Positions 10,425 to 21,442 of a stretch of DNA of 64,000 nt are shown piece after piece. Under the pieces are notes generated by a model that saw only the letters and a list, made by a program, of their open reading frames with translations, searched no databases and had not been told where the DNA came from. This stretch comes from an uncultured beta proteobacterium. GTDB taxonomy: Bacteria; Pseudomonadota; Gammaproteobacteria; Burkholderiales; Casimicrobiaceae. Location of the stretch: contig CAWHVP010000002.1 of the NCBI GenBank assembly GCA_963832705.1, forward strand, positions 55,054 through 119,053. Direction: 5' to 3'. A program made the position numbers and the translations under genes. Each line of letters begins with the position of its first letter. Position 1 is the stretch's first letter.

Positions 10425-11069
10425 GTGAAGCTCTACGACTACTTCCGCTCGTCGGCGGCGTACCGCGTCCGGATCGCGCTCGAGCTGAAGGGCGTGGCGC
10501 CCGAGCGCGCGTTCGTCCACCTGCGCCACGGCGCGCAGCACGGCGCCGATTACCGCGCGCTCAATCCGCAGGGCCTGGTGCCGGCGCTGGTCACCGACGA
10601 CGGCGCCGTGCTGACGCAGTCGCTGGCGATCATCGAGTGGCTGGACGAGACGCACCCCGAGCCGCCGCTGCTGCCGCGCACGCCCGACGAGCGCGCGCGG
10701 GTGCGCGCGCTGGCGCTCGCGATCGCCTGCGACATCCATCCGCTCAACAACCTGCGGGTGCTCAAGTACCTGACCGGCGAGCTCGGCGCCAGACCGACGC
10801 CGCGCGCGACGCGTGGTACGCGCACTGGTGCGAGGTCGGCCTCGCGGCGCTGGAGGCGCAGCTCGTCCGCGACGCCGTCGACCGGCCGCTTCTGCCACGG
10901 CGACGCGCCGACGCTCGCCGACATCTGCCTCGTGCCGCAGCTCGCCAACGCCCGGCGCGTCGATCTCGACCTCGCGCCGTTCCCGACGCTGCTCGCGATC
11001 GAGGCCGCGTGCCTCGCGCTGCCGGCGTTCGCCGCCGCGGCGCCGGCGCGGCAGCCGGATGCCGAGTGA
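10425..11069 (+). CDS. maiA: maleylacetoacetate/maleylpyruvate isomerase (zeta-class GST); two compensating frameshifts near 10790 and 10880
   Basis: [33 protein letters not shown]...[34 protein letters not shown] is the classic MaiA N-terminus. The middle segment ([23 protein letters not shown]) is in another frame. The C-terminus [23 protein letters not shown] returns to the first frame. Confidence 0.8.
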   Translation: MKLYDYFRSSAAYRVRIALELKGVAPERAFVHLRHGAQHGADYRALNPQGLVPALVTDDGAVLTQSLAIIEWLDETHPEPPLLPRTPDERARVRALALAIACDIHPLNNLRVLKYLTGELGARPTPRATRGTRTGARSASRRWRRSSSATPSTGRFCHGDAPTLADICLVPQLANARRVDLDLAPFPTLLAIEAACLALPAFAAAAPARQPDAE

Positions 11070-11082
11070 CGTGCGCCGCGCA

Positions 11083-11141
11083 CCCTCACCCCAACCCTCT
11101 CCCGGGCGCGGGAGAGGGAGCCGCGCAGCAGCGGGCGAGGG
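11083..11141. repeat. REP-A repeat, copy 2 (same orientation as copy 1; outer stem degenerate)
   Basis: CCCTCACCCcaaCCCTCTCCCgggcgcGGGAGAGGGagccgcgcagcagcGGGCGAGGG, lying between maiA and the FAH gene. Confidence 0.8.
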
Positions 11142-11204
11142 CCGCGGAATGCCGGCCGGTCGCTCGCATTGCCTGCCCCTGAACTTCTCTGGAAGCCTCC
11201 TTCG

Positions 11205-11924
11205 ATGACTACTGTCTTCCCCGCCTGGGACCTGCCTGCCGTGCCCGTCGCCGGCACCGCCGCCACGTTTCCCGTCCGCCACGTCTACTGCGTCGGCCGC
11301 AACTACGCCGAGCACGCGAAGGAGATGGGCGGCGACGCGAGCAAGGAGCCGCCGTTCTTCTTCACCAAGGCGGCCGACGTCGATCGTGCCGGTCGTGCCG
11401 CCGGCCGTCGGCTCGATCGCCTACCCGCTCGCGACGTCGAACCTGCACCACGAGATCGAGCTCGTCGTCGCCATCGGCGGGCGCGGCGTGCAAGCTCGAC
11501 GCCCGACCGGGCGCTGGACCTCGTCTTCGGCTACGCGGTCGGCCTCGACATGACCCGGCGCGACCTGCAGAACGACATGCGCGAGAAGAAGCGGCCGTGG
11601 GACATCGGCAAGTCGTTCGCGCAGGCGGCGCCGATCGCGGTGATCCACCCGGCCGGCGCCGTCGGGCACCTGGCGCGCGGCGGCATCTGGCTGGACGTCA
11701 ACGGCGCGCGCCGGCAGCAGGGCGACCTCGCCGACATGATCTGGGACGTCGCGCACACGCTCGCGTTCCTGTCGCAGTTCTACGAGCTGATGCCGGGCGA
11801 CCTGGTCTTCACCGGCACGCCGTCGGGCGTCGGCGCCGTGGTCGCCGGGCGATCGGCTCGACGGCGGCATCGACGGCCTGTCGCCGCTGTCGGTCGTCGA
11901 TCGCGGCGCCGAGCCGAGCGATGA
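11205..11924 (+). CDS. fumarylacetoacetate hydrolase (FAH) family protein, fumarylpyruvate-hydrolase-like; about 3 frameshifts, 3' end approximate
   Basis: MTTVFPAWDLPAVPVAGTAATFPVRHVYCVGRNYAEHAKEMGGDASKEPPFFFTK ... LVFGYAVGLDMTRRDLQNDMREKKRPWDIGKSFAQAAPI ... MPGDLVFTGTPSGVGAV. These pieces are spread over the frames of ORFs 11169..11924 and 11597..12778. Confidence 0.75.
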   Translation: MTTVFPAWDLPAVPVAGTAATFPVRHVYCVGRNYAEHAKEMGGDASKEPPFFFTKAADVDRAGRAAGRRLDRLPARDVEPAPRDRARRRHRRARRASSTPDRALDLVFGYAVGLDMTRRDLQNDMREKKRPWDIGKSFAQAAPIAVIHPAGAVGHLARGGIWLDVNGARRQQGDLADMIWDVAHTLAFLSQFYELMPGDLVFTGTPSGVGAVVAGRSARRRHRRPVAAVGRRSRRRAER

Positions 11925-12778
11925 GCGCGCCGGCGCTCACCGCCGACGAGGTCGAGCGCGGCTACAACAACCGCGCCGCGGTCCCCGACCATCCGCGCTG
12001 GTTCGCGCGCTACGCCGAGCTGTCGGCGGCCGCGTGCGCGCGCTGCGCGCCGCGCTGCGACCTGCGCTACGGTCCCGGGCCGAAGGAGACGCTCGACCTG
12101 TTCGTGCCCGCGGGCGGCGCGCGCGCGACGTTCGTGTTCCTTCACGGCGGCTACTGGCGCGCGCTCGACAAGCGCGACTTCTCGTTCGTCGCCGGGCCGT
12201 TCGTCGCCGCGGGCGTCGCCGTCGCCGTCGTCAACTACGACCTGTGCCCGGACGTGTCGATCGCGACCATCGTCGACGAGTGCCGCGCGCGCGGTCGCGT
12301 GGGTCGTCGCGCGAGGGAGCGGACGCACGGCGCGGTCCCGGACCGGATCGTCGTCGGCGGGCATTCGGCGGGCGGCCACCTCGCGGCGATGATGCTCGCG
12401 ACCGACTGGCAGCGCCCGCGGCCTCGCCGCCGATCCGATCCGCGCCGCGGTGTCGCTGTCCGGCGTCCACGACCTCGCGCCGATGGTGCTGTTCTCGTTC
12501 AACGCCGACTTTCGAGCTCGACGAGGCGGAGGCCGCGCGCCTGTCGCCGGTCCATCTCGCGCCGCGCTCGGCGGCGCCGCTGCTCGTCGCCGTCGGCGGC
12601 GACGAGACGTCGGAGTTCCTGCGCCAGTCGCAGCTGCTGTGGGACGCGCTGGCCGGGCAATCGGCCGGCGGGAATGGCCGGCCCGCTGGTCGTGCCCGGG
12701 CGCAACCACTTCAGCGTCGTCGCCGATTACGCCGATCCGGCCAGCGCGCTGACGCGCGCGACGCTCGCGCTGTTCTGA
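11921..12778 (+). CDS. alpha/beta hydrolase (esterase/arylformamidase-like); several frameshifts
   Basis: MSAPALTADEVERGYNNRAAVPDHPRWFARYAELS...FVFLHGGYWRALDK...IVVGGHSAGGHLAAMMLATDW...LLVAVGGDETSEFLRQSQLLWDA...VVPGRNHFSVV. The HGG oxyanion motif and the GHSAGG nucleophile elbow are visible. Confidence 0.65.
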   Translation: MSAPALTADEVERGYNNRAAVPDHPRWFARYAELSAAACARCAPRCDLRYGPGPKETLDLFVPAGGARATFVFLHGGYWRALDKRDFSFVAGPFVAAGVAVAVVNYDLCPDVSIATIVDECRARGRVGRRARERTHGAVPDRIVVGGHSAGGHLAAMMLATDWQRPRPRRRSDPRRGVAVRRPRPRADGAVLVQRRLSSSTRRRPRACRRSISRRARRRRCSSPSAATRRRSSCASRSCCGTRWPGNRPAGMAGPLVVPGRNHFSVVADYADPASALTRATLALF

Positions 12779-13022
12779 TCCGCTGCGCTGGCTTCGACGG
12801 TGCCGCCGCCGGACGGTGTCCCGCGCTGGCGTGGCGGGGGCCGCCCGGTGCGGGCTTCGAGTGCCGCCAATCGTGTCGGGTTGTCGCGAGTGGCACGGCC
12901 CGGGCGGCCAAAACAAGGCCACCCGGACCGAGCCTCACGCGCCACCCCGACGGCGGCACAGGCGCCCGCACCCGGCGGCCCCCGCCACGCCCGCGCGCAG
13001 CACGGTCACTTGGCGGCAAATG

Positions 13023-13077
13023 TTGACAACTGACCTGCGGTCATTTAGCCTTTCCGGCAATTGACCCGGAGTCATTT
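13023..13077 (+). promoter_or_regulatory. putative tetR promoter (TTGACA-N17-TAGCCT) with two operator-like 19-nt repeats
   Basis: Site 1 is AACTGACCTGCGGTCATTT (13028-13046) and site 2 is AATTGACCCGGAGTCATTT (13059-13077). They share 15 of 19 positions and start 31 bp apart. Site 1 contains the palindrome TGACC-N3-GGTCA and fills the -35/-10 spacer. The tetR ATG is at 13095. Confidence 0.45.
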
Positions 13078-13094
13078 GATCGGCCCCGACGCCG

Positions 13095-13777
13095 ATGGCC
13101 CTCCGCCAGCGCGCGATCCAGGCCGAAGACAAGCAGGAGCGCCACGACGCGATCCTCGATGCGGCCGAGCGGCTGCTGGTGCGCTCGCCCGATCGCGTCG
13201 CCAGCGTCGCCGAGGTGGCCGACGAGGCGGGGCTCGCCAAGGGCACCGTCTACCTCTACTTCCCGGGCAAGGAGGAACTGCTGCTCGCGCGTGCACGAGC
13301 GCGACGTCGACGGGTTCTTCTCGGCGCTGCTCGCGCTGCTCGAACGCGCGGAGCCGATGGCCGTCCGACGACATGCTCGCGCTGACGCACGAGCACATGG
13401 TCGACCCGCCGCTGTTCCTGCCGCTCGCCGCGCGCTGCTTCGCGCTGATGGCGCCAGTCGGTCCCCGCCGAGCCGCTGGCGGCGTTCCAGCAGCGGATGG
13501 CCGCGCGCCTCGAGCGCGCCGGCGCGGGCCTCGAGCGCCATTTCCCGGGCGCTCGCGCCGGGCGACGGGCGTGGCCTGCTGCGCCACAGCTTCGCGCTGA
13601 TCATCGGGCCTGTGGCAGATGTCGGTGGCGTCGGGCTGCGGCGCGCAGCCGTCCGCCGGGGCCGCGGCGACGGGGACGCCACGTTCGTCATCGGCGATGG
13701 CGTGGAGCTATCCCGAGGAGCTCGCGCGGGCGCTGACCGGGCTGTGGGCGACCGTTGCCGCCCCGAAGGAACGCTGA
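13095..13777 (+). CDS. TetR/AcrR family transcriptional regulator; at least 3 frameshifts
   Basis: MALRQRAIQAEDKQERHDAILDAAERLLVRSPDRVASVAEVADEAGLAKGTVYLYFPGKEELLLA is a TetR_N HTH. The C-terminal ligand domain is pieced from ORFs 13159..13782 and 13061..13600. Stop is TGA 13775-13777. Confidence 0.75.
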
Positions 13778-13778
13778 C

Positions 13779-14981
13779 ATGACGACGCGCGCGCAAGGCA
13801 AGCCGCATCCGCAACGCCGCGGCGTCGGCGGCGGTGCATCCGCCGATCGTCGTCGTCGCCATGGCCGCCGCGCTCGCAGCCTGCGCGCCGCACGAGGCGC
13901 CGCCGCCGGCCGTGCGCCCGGTCCAGCTCATGCAGGTGACGCTGGGCAGCGCGGGCTCGACCGCCGTGTTCGCCGGCGAGATCCGGCCGCGGCTACGAGA
14001 ACGACCTCGGCTTTCGCATCGGCGGCAAGATCGTCGCGCGCAGCGTCGACGTCGGCGCGCGCGTGAAGCAGGGCCAGGTGCTCGCGCGCCTCGATCCGGC
14101 CGACGTCGGGCTGCAGGCGGAGGCGGCGCGGGCGCAGCTCGCCGCCACCGAGACCGAGTACGCGTTCGCGAAGGCCGAGTTCGAGCGCTACCAGAACCTG
14201 CTCGAGCAGAAGTTCGTCAGCGCGTCGGCGCTCGACGCCAAGCGCAACGCGATGAACGCGACGCGCGCGCAGCTACGAGCAGGCGAAGGCGCAGCTCGCC
14301 GTCAGCGCCGAACCAGGCCGGCTACGCGACGCTCGTCGCCGACCACGACGGCGTGATCACCGCCGTCAGCGCCGAGGCGGGGCAGGTCGTCGCGGCCGGG
14401 CAGCCGGTGATGCGGCTGGCGCGCGAGGACGAGCGCGAGGTCGCGATCGCCGTGCCGGAGAACCGCATCGGCGAGCTGCGCGCCGCGCGCGAGCTCGGCG
14501 TCGTGCTGTGGGCGAACCCCGCGCAGCATCTACCCGGCCCGCGTGCGCGAGATCGCGCCGGCGGTCGACCCGGCGACGCGCACGTTCGCCGTGCGCGTGT
14601 CGCTCCTCGAGCGCGACGCGGCGCTGCAGTGGGGGATGACCGCCAACGTCGTGCTGCGCGCGCGGCGGGGCCGACGACGCGGCGCTGCTGCCGCTGACCG
14701 CGCTCTACCAGGCCGCGACGGCAAGCCCGCGGTCTGGGTCTACGACCCGGCGACGCGCAAGGTGGCGCTGCGCCCGGTCGACATCCGCGCAGTATCGCGA
14801 GGACGGCGTCGTCATCCGCGCCGGCCTCGACGCCGGCGATGGGTGGTCGCCGCCGGCGTCGCACAAGCTGCACCGAGGGGCAGACGGTGCGGCCCTACCG
14901 CCGGCACGGCGCGACCGACGCCCCGCCGGCCGCCGCGCCGCAGCCGGCGCTGAGCCGGACGACGGCCAGGCCTTCCCGTGA
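13779..14981 (+). CDS. efflux RND transporter periplasmic adaptor (membrane fusion protein); at least 6 frameshifts, 3' end approximate
   Basis: Stitched by eye: ...VAMAAALAACAPHEAPPPAVRPVQLMQVTLGSAGSTAVFAGEIRPRYENDLGFRIGGKIVARSVDVGARVKQGQVLARLDPADV...YATLVADHDGVITAVSAEAGQVVAAGQPVMRLAREDEREVAIAVPE...AVWVYDPATRKVALRPVDI. This is a lipoprotein-type signal followed by the HlyD/MFP pattern. Confidence 0.75.
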
Positions 14982-17900
14982 GCCACGCCGCGCCGCCGAC
15001 GGGCGCGCCCCGCGTCGCGCTTCAACCTGTCCGAGTGGGCGCTGCACCACCGCCCGCTGGTGCTCTACCTGATCGTGCGTCTGCGCGGCGATCGGCTTCC
15101 TTCGCTACGGCAGCCTCGGCCAGTCCGAGGACCCGCCGTTCACCTTCAAGGTCATGGTCGTCCGGACCAACTGGCCCGGCGCGACCGCGCGCGAGGTCGA
15201 GCAGCAGGTCACCGACCGCATCGAGCGCAAGCTGCAGGAAGTGCCGCATCGACTGGGTGCGCAGCTACTCGAAGCCCGGCGAGTCGCTGGTGTTCTTCGC
15301 GCTCAAGGACTCCGCGCCGGCCGCGCAGGTGCCGCGAGACCTGGTACCAGGTGCGCAAGAAGATCGGCGACATCCGCCACACGCTGCCGCCGGGCATCCA
15401 GGGCCCGTTCTTCAACGACGAGTTCGGCGACACCTACACCAACATCTACGCGATCACCGGCGACGGCTTCGGCTACCGCGAGCTGAAGACCTTCGGCGAC
15501 CGCATCCGCGCCGAGCTGCTGCGCGTGCCGGGCGTGGCCAAGGTCGACTTCATCGGCGAGCAGGAGGAGAAGATCTACGTCGAGATGTCCAACGCCAAGC
15601 TCGCGACTGCTCGGGATCGAGCCGCGCGCAGATCTTCGCAGACGCTCGCGGCGCAGAACGCGGTGGTCGCCGGCCGGGCGTCTTCGACACCGCGACCGAC
15701 CGCATCTACCTGCGCCCGACCGGCGCCTTCGATTCGCTCGACGCGATCCGCGACATCGCGATCCGCGCCAACAACCGCGTGTTCCGGCTGGGCGACATCG
15801 CCACGCGTCTAGCGCGGCTACGTCGATCCGCCGCAGCAGCGGATGCGCTGGCAGGGCCGCGAGGCGCTGGGGATCGGCGTCACGATGGTCAAGGGCGGCG
15901 ACGTGATCGAGCTGGGCCGCGCGCTCGACGCCGCGATCGGCGCGCGTCGGGCGCGAGCTGCCGGTCGGCGTGGAGATCGCGCCGGTCGCCAGCATGCCGA
16001 CGGGCGGTGCAGCGCTCGGTCAACCAGTTCGTCCGCTCGCTCGCCGAGGCGGTGCTGATCGTGCTCGCGGTGTCGCTGGTGAGCCTGGGCCTGCGCACCG
16101 GGCTGGTCGTCGCCGTGTCGATCCCGCTGGTGCTCGCCGACGACGTTCCTGTGCATGTGGCTGTTCGACATCGGCCTGCACAAGATCTCGCTCGGCGCGC
16201 TGATCCTCTCGCTGGGCCTGCTGGTCGACGACGCGATCATCGCCGTCGAGATGATGGCGATCAAGCTGGAGCAGGGCTTCGACCGCTTCCGCGCGGCGAG
16301 CTTCGCCTACACCAGCACCGCGTTCCCGATGCTGACCGGCACGCTGGTGACCGTCGCCGGCTTCCTGCCGATCGCGACGGCGAAGAGCGTCGACCGGCGA
16401 GTACACGCGCTCGATGTTCGAGGTCTCGGCGATCGCGCTCATCGCGTCGTGGGTCGTCGCGGTCATCGTGATCCCGTACCTCGGCTACCGGATGCTGCCG
16501 GACTTCGCGCAGGCGCGCGCGCCGTCGCTCGCGGCGCGGCTGTGGGCGCGGCTGCGCGGCCGGCCGGCGCCGCGCGCCGGTGCCACGGCGGCGCGACGCG
16601 ATCCCGACGCCGTCTACGACACGCCGTTCTATCGGCGCTTCCGCGCGCTCGTCGACTGGTGCGTCGCGCACCGCAGGACCGGTGATCGTCGCGACGCTCG
16701 GCGCTCTTCGTCGCGTCGCTGGCGCTGTTCCGCTTCGTGCCGCAGCAGTTCTTCCCCGTCGTCGTCGCGGCCGGAGCTGCTCGTCGACCTGCGCCTGCCC
16801 GAGGGCAGCTCGTTCGCGGCCACGCTCGCCGCGGCGAAGAAGATGGAGGCGATCCTCGACGCAGGAGCCGGGCGTCGAGAGCTACGTCGCGCTACGTCGG
16901 CGTCGGCAGCCCGCGCTTCTACCTGCCGCTCGACCAGCAGCTGCAGCAGTCGAACTTCGCGCAGTTCGTGCTGGTCGCGCGCAGAGCAACGCCGAGCGCG
17001 AGCGGCTGCGCGCGCGGCTGCATCGCGCTGTTCGACGAGGACTTCCCCGGGCTGCGCGGCCGCGTGTCGCGCCTGGAGAACGGGCCGCCGGTCGGCTTCC
17101 CGGTGCAGTTCCGCGTCTCCGGCGACGACGTCCCGAGGTGCGGCGCGATCGCCGCGAGCGCGTGGCCGACGTCGATGCGCGCGAACCCGAAGACGACCGA
17201 CGTGCAGTTCGACTGGGACGAGCCGACCAAGGTCATCCGCCTCGACGGTCGACCAGAACAAGGCGCGCGTGCTGGGCCTCTCGTCGCAGGACCTCGCCGC
17301 CTTCCTCAACAACTCGCTCGTCGGGCCTCGCCGTCACCAGCTACCGCGAGCGCGACAAGCAGATCGACGTGGTCGCTGCGCGGCGCCGCGCGCAGGAGCG
17401 CGCGCAGCTGTCGCTTCCTCAAGGACCTCGCGATCCCGACGCGCAGCGGCAAGGCGGTCCCGATCACGCAGGTCGCCGACATCCGCTACGAGCTCGAGGA
17501 CGGCATCATCTGGCGCCGCAACCGGCTGCCGACGATCACCGTGCGCGCCGACGTCCGGGGCGACGCGCAGGGGCCCGACGTCGCCAACCGCGATCAACCC
17601 GTCGCTCGACCCGATCCGCGCGGCGCTGCCGCTCGGCTACCGGATCGAGATCGGCGGCGCGGTCGAGGACTCGCCGCGCGGCCAGAAGTCGATCGCCGCC
17701 GGCGTGCCGCTGTTCATCCTGGTCGTGCTGACGCTGCTGATGATCCAGCTGCAGAGCTTCTCGCGCACGCTGATGGTCGTGCTGACGGCGCCGCTGGGCC
17801 TGATCGGCGTCACCGCGGCGCTGCTGCTGTTCGGGCAGCCGTTCGGCTTCGTCGCGATGCTGGGCACGATCGCGCTCTCCGGCATCATCATGCGCAACTC

Positions 17901-18196
17901 GATCATCCTCGTCGACCAGATCGACCAGGACATCGCCGCGGGCGCGTCGCAGTGGAACGCGATCGTCGGCGCGACGGTGCGCCGGTTCCGGCCGATCGTG
18001 CTGACGGCGGCGGCCGCCGTGCTGGCGATGATCCCGCTGGCGCGCAGCGACTTCTTCGGCCCGATGGCGGTGGCGATGATGGGCGGGCATCGTCGTCGCC
18101 ACGGTGCTGACGCTCGTCTTCCTGCCGGCGCTGTACGCCGCGTGGTTCCGCGTCCGGCCGCCCGGAGGGCGCGCGACGCCGGCCGGCGTACAATGA
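14978..18196 (+). CDS. efflux RND transporter permease (AcrB/MdtB family); more than 10 frameshifts
   Basis: Fragments lie in all three + frames: [160 protein letters not shown]...[17 protein letters not shown]. Stop is TGA 18194-18196. No outer-membrane factor gene follows. Confidence 0.85.
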
Positions 18197-18229
18197 GCAG
18201 CCTGTTTCCCGAGCCCGCCGCACGCGCCG

Positions 18230-19344
18230 ATGGCCCTGTCCCCCATCACCGAAATCATCGCCGAGCTCAAGGCCGGCCGCATGGTCGATCCTCGTCGACG
18301 AGGAGGACCGCGAGAACGAGGGCGACCTCGTGCTCGCCGCCGATTTCGTCACGCCCGAGGCGATCAACTTCATGGCGCGCCACGGCCGCGGGCTCATCTG
18401 CCTGACGCTGACCGAGGAGCGCTGCCGGCAGCTCGAGCTGCCGCTGATGGTCTCCGCCAACCGCTCGTCGCACGGCACGAACTTCACCGTCTCGATCGAG
18501 GCGGCCGACGGCGTCACCACCGGCATCTCGGCCGCCGACCGCGCGACGACGGTGCAGGCCGCGATCGCCCGCGACGCCGTGCCCGAGGACATCGTGCAGC
18601 CCGGCCACATCTTCCCGGTGATGGCGCAGCCCGGCGGCGTGCTCGACCGCGCCGGGCACACCGAGGCCGGCTGCGACCTCGCCGCGGCTCGCCGGCTGCA
18701 CGCCCGCCGCGGTCATCTGCGAGATCATGAAGGACGACGGCGACGATGGCGCGCCTGCCCGACCTCGATCGCAGTTCGCGCGCGAGCACGGCCTGAAGAT
18801 CGGCGCGATCGCCGACCTGATCCACTACCGCAGCCGCACCGAGCGCGCTGGTCGAGCGCGTCGCCGAGCGTCCGCTGACGACCGCGCACGGCGCGTTCCG
18901 GCTCGTCGTCTATCGCGACAAGGTCGTCGGACGCGACGCACCTCGCGCTCGTGCGCGGGCCGATCAGCGCCCGACGCGCGAGACGCTGGTGCGCGTCCAC
19001 GAGCCGCTGTCGGTGATGGACCTGCTCGACGCCAGCAGCCACTCGCACTCGTGGACGATTCCCGCGGCGCTCGACGCGATCGCCGACGCCGGGCGCGGCG
19101 TGATGGTGCTGCTGCACCGGCCGGAGAGCGCGCAGGAGCTGCGCGTGCGCGCGGTCACCGACCAGCCGCCCGTGTCGCGCGCGGATGGACCTGCGCAACT
19201 ACGGCATCGGCGCGCAGATCCTCACGCGACCTCAACGTCGGCAAGATGCGGCTGATGGCGAAGCCGCGGAAGATGCCCAGCATGACCGGCTACGACCTCG
19301 AGGTCACCGGCTACGTCGAGGCGCCGCAGCGCCGCGCGTCCTGA
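18230..19344 (+). CDS. ribBA: bifunctional 3,4-dihydroxy-2-butanone-4-phosphate synthase / GTP cyclohydrolase II-like; about 5 frameshifts
   Basis: [19 protein letters not shown](I)[53 protein letters not shown]...[27 protein letters not shown]...[17 protein letters not shown]...[39 protein letters not shown]. Confidence 0.9.
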
Positions 19345-19389
19345 CCGGCCCCGCCCGCGCCGCGCACCGAACCGACCCGAGCCAGCACG

Positions 19390-19858
19390 ATGCCCATCAG
19401 AGCGGATCCTCCCCAACGTCTCCGGCGACGGCCGCAGCGTCGCCATCGTGCTGTCGCGCTTCAACGCCGACGATCGGCGAGCGCCTGCTGGCCGGCGCGC
19501 TGCGCGGCGCTGGCCGAGGCCGGCGTCGCCGAGCGCGACATCACCGTCGTCACCGTGCCCGGCGCGCTCGAGACGCCGCTCGCGCTGCAGCGCCTCGCGC
19601 AGGCCGGCGAGTACGACGCGCTGGTCGCGCTCGGCGCGGTGATCCGCGGCGAGACCTACCACTTCGAGATCGTCGCCAACGAGTCGGCGGCGGGCGTGGC
19701 GAGCGTGCAGCTCGAGTTCGGCATCCCGATCGGCAACGGCATCCTCACCACCGAGACCGACGAGCAGGCGCTCGAGCGGCGCGGACACCAAGGGCTTCGA
19801 GGCGGCGCAGGCCGCGCTCGAGCTCGCCAACCTGCTCGACGCGATCGATGAGCGCTGA
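19390..19858 (+). CDS. ribH: 6,7-dimethyl-8-ribityllumazine synthase; about 3 frameshifts
   Basis: ...[22 protein letters not shown]...[90 protein letters not shown]. Stop is TGA 19856-19858, overlapping the nusB start. Confidence 0.85.
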
Positions 19859-20350
19859 CCGCGCACCGGCGCGCGCGGGCGCATCGGGCCGCACGAGCCT
19901 GCGCCGCCGCGCGCGCGAATTCGTGCTGCAGGGCCTGTACCAGCGGCAGCTGTCGGGCAACAGCGCGGCGGCGATCCGCGAGCAGATCGCCGAGGCCGCG
20001 GGCTTCGCGCGCACCGACCAGGCGTATTTCGACGAGCTCTGGCGCGGCGCCTGCGGCGAGTTCGACGCGCTGATCCTCGCCTGCGCGCCGCACCTCGACC
20101 GCAAGGCCGCGGAGCTCTCGCCGATCGAGCGCGCGATCCTCGTCATCGGCGCGTGGGAGCTCACGCACCGGCTGGAGATCCCCTACCGGGTGGTCATCAA
20201 CGAGGCGGTCGAGCTCGCCAAGTCCTACGGCGGCACCGACGGCTACAAGTTCGTCAACGGCGTCCTCGACCGGCTCGCCGCGGAGATCGTGCCGCCGAGA
20301 TCGCGGCGCTCCCTCGCGCCGGCGAGCCCGGGGTGGCCGATGCCGCCTGA
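19848..20350 (+). CDS. nusB: transcription antitermination factor NusB; frameshift near 20290
   Basis: [47 protein letters not shown]...[57 protein letters not shown]. In the ORF track it is artificially fused to the next gene (ORF 19185..21446). Confidence 0.85.
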
Positions 20351-21387
20351 GCGCCGGGCAGTGCCGCGCGCCGCGGCGTGGGCGCTCGCGGCGGTGCTGG
20401 CGCTCCTCGCCGCCGCGCCCGCGACGGCCGCGCGCTCGGTCGTCGTCTACTGCAGCCACGATCCCGACGCCTGCGAGCTCGCCGCGCAGACGTTCACGCG
20501 CGAGACCGGCATCGCCGTCGCGATCACGCGCAAGCCGACCGGCGAGGCGTACGCGCAGATCCGCGCCGAGCGCGAGAACCCGAAGGCCGACGTCTGGTAC
20601 GGCGGCACCATCGATCCGTTCCTGCAGGCCGCCGCCGAAGGCCTCTTCGCCGAGTACCGCTCGCCGGGCCTCGCCGAGCTCCATCCCTGGGCGCGCCGGC
20701 AGGCGGAGGCCACCGGCCACCGCGTCGTCGCCATCTACCGGATCATCATCGGCTTCGGCAGCAATCCGGCGGTGCTCGCCAAGCGCGGCCTCGCGGCGCC
20801 GCGCTGCTGGTCGGACCTCACCAAGCCCGAGTACCAGCGCGAGATCGAGCTGTCCAATCCGGTGACCAGCGGCACCGGCTACACGATCCTCGCGACGCTC
20901 GTCGTCGCTCTACGGCGAGGACGCCGCGTTCGGCTACATGAAGCGCCTCGGGCCGAACGTGGTCCGCTACACGCAGTCGGGCGTGGCGCAGGGCCCGTCG
21001 GTCGCGCGCGGCGAGGTCGGCATCGGCGTGACCTTCGTCCACGAGTTCGTCACCCAGCAGCTCGCGGGCTTCCCGGTCGACATCGCGATCCCCTGCGAGG
21101 GCACCGGCGACGCGCTGGGCGGCATGGCGATCGTCAACGACGGTCCCAACCCGGCCGAGGCCCGCGCCTTCTACGACTGGGCGCTGACCCGCGACGCGCA
21201 GGAGCTGGCCAACCGGACGAAGAACCTGCTGCTGCCGGCGAACCGCCACGCCGAGGTGCGGCCCGAGGCCGCGCGCTACGCCAACGTGCCGATGATCGCC
21301 GTCGATCCGGCGAAGTTCGGCGTGCCGGCCGAGCGCCGCCGGCTGCTCGCGCGCTGGCAGAAGGAAGTGGGGGACGCGCAGCGCTGA
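20341..21387 (+). CDS. periplasmic ABC-transporter substrate-binding protein (iron(III)/PotD-AfuA-like), orphan; frameshift near 20910
   Basis: The signal peptide is [33 protein letters not shown]. It is followed by VVVYCSHDPDACELAAQTFTRETGIAVAITRKPTGEAYAQIRAERENPKADVWYGGTIDPF...NPVTSGTGYTILATLV.../...GEVGIGVTFVHEFV...EGTGDALGGMAIVN. There are no permease or ATPase genes nearby. Confidence 0.7.
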
Positions 21388-21430
21388 CCGGCGGCCCCGC
21401 TGCCAGCGGCGAGCCGCTGCCGCGGCATCC

Positions 21431-21436
21431 TATAAT
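21431..21436 (+). promoter_or_regulatory. putative -10 element (TATAAT) 6 nt upstream of the thiL GTG (possible leaderless transcript)
   Basis: The sequence is CCTATAATCGgctcGTG. It shares the 10-mer CCTATAATCG with the mmsA upstream region. No good -35 element. Confidence 0.3.
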
Positions 21437-21442
21437 CGGCTC

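Noticed and set aside
13095-18196. The idea that the tetR-MFP-RND efflux operon is a genuinely decayed pseudogene cluster, given more than 20 frameshifts.
   Set aside because: The same kind of single-base insertion hits recA, ribBA, ribH, nusB and thiL nearby. There are no in-frame stop substitutions or deletions in the parts I could read. Sequence error is the more economical explanation, though it is unproven without reads.
18197-18229. An expected FMN riboswitch upstream of ribBA, and a TPP riboswitch near thiL.
   Set aside because: Only 33 nt separate the RND stop from the ribBA ATG, and about 55 nt precede thiL. Neither is long enough, and neither shows the conserved riboswitch cores.
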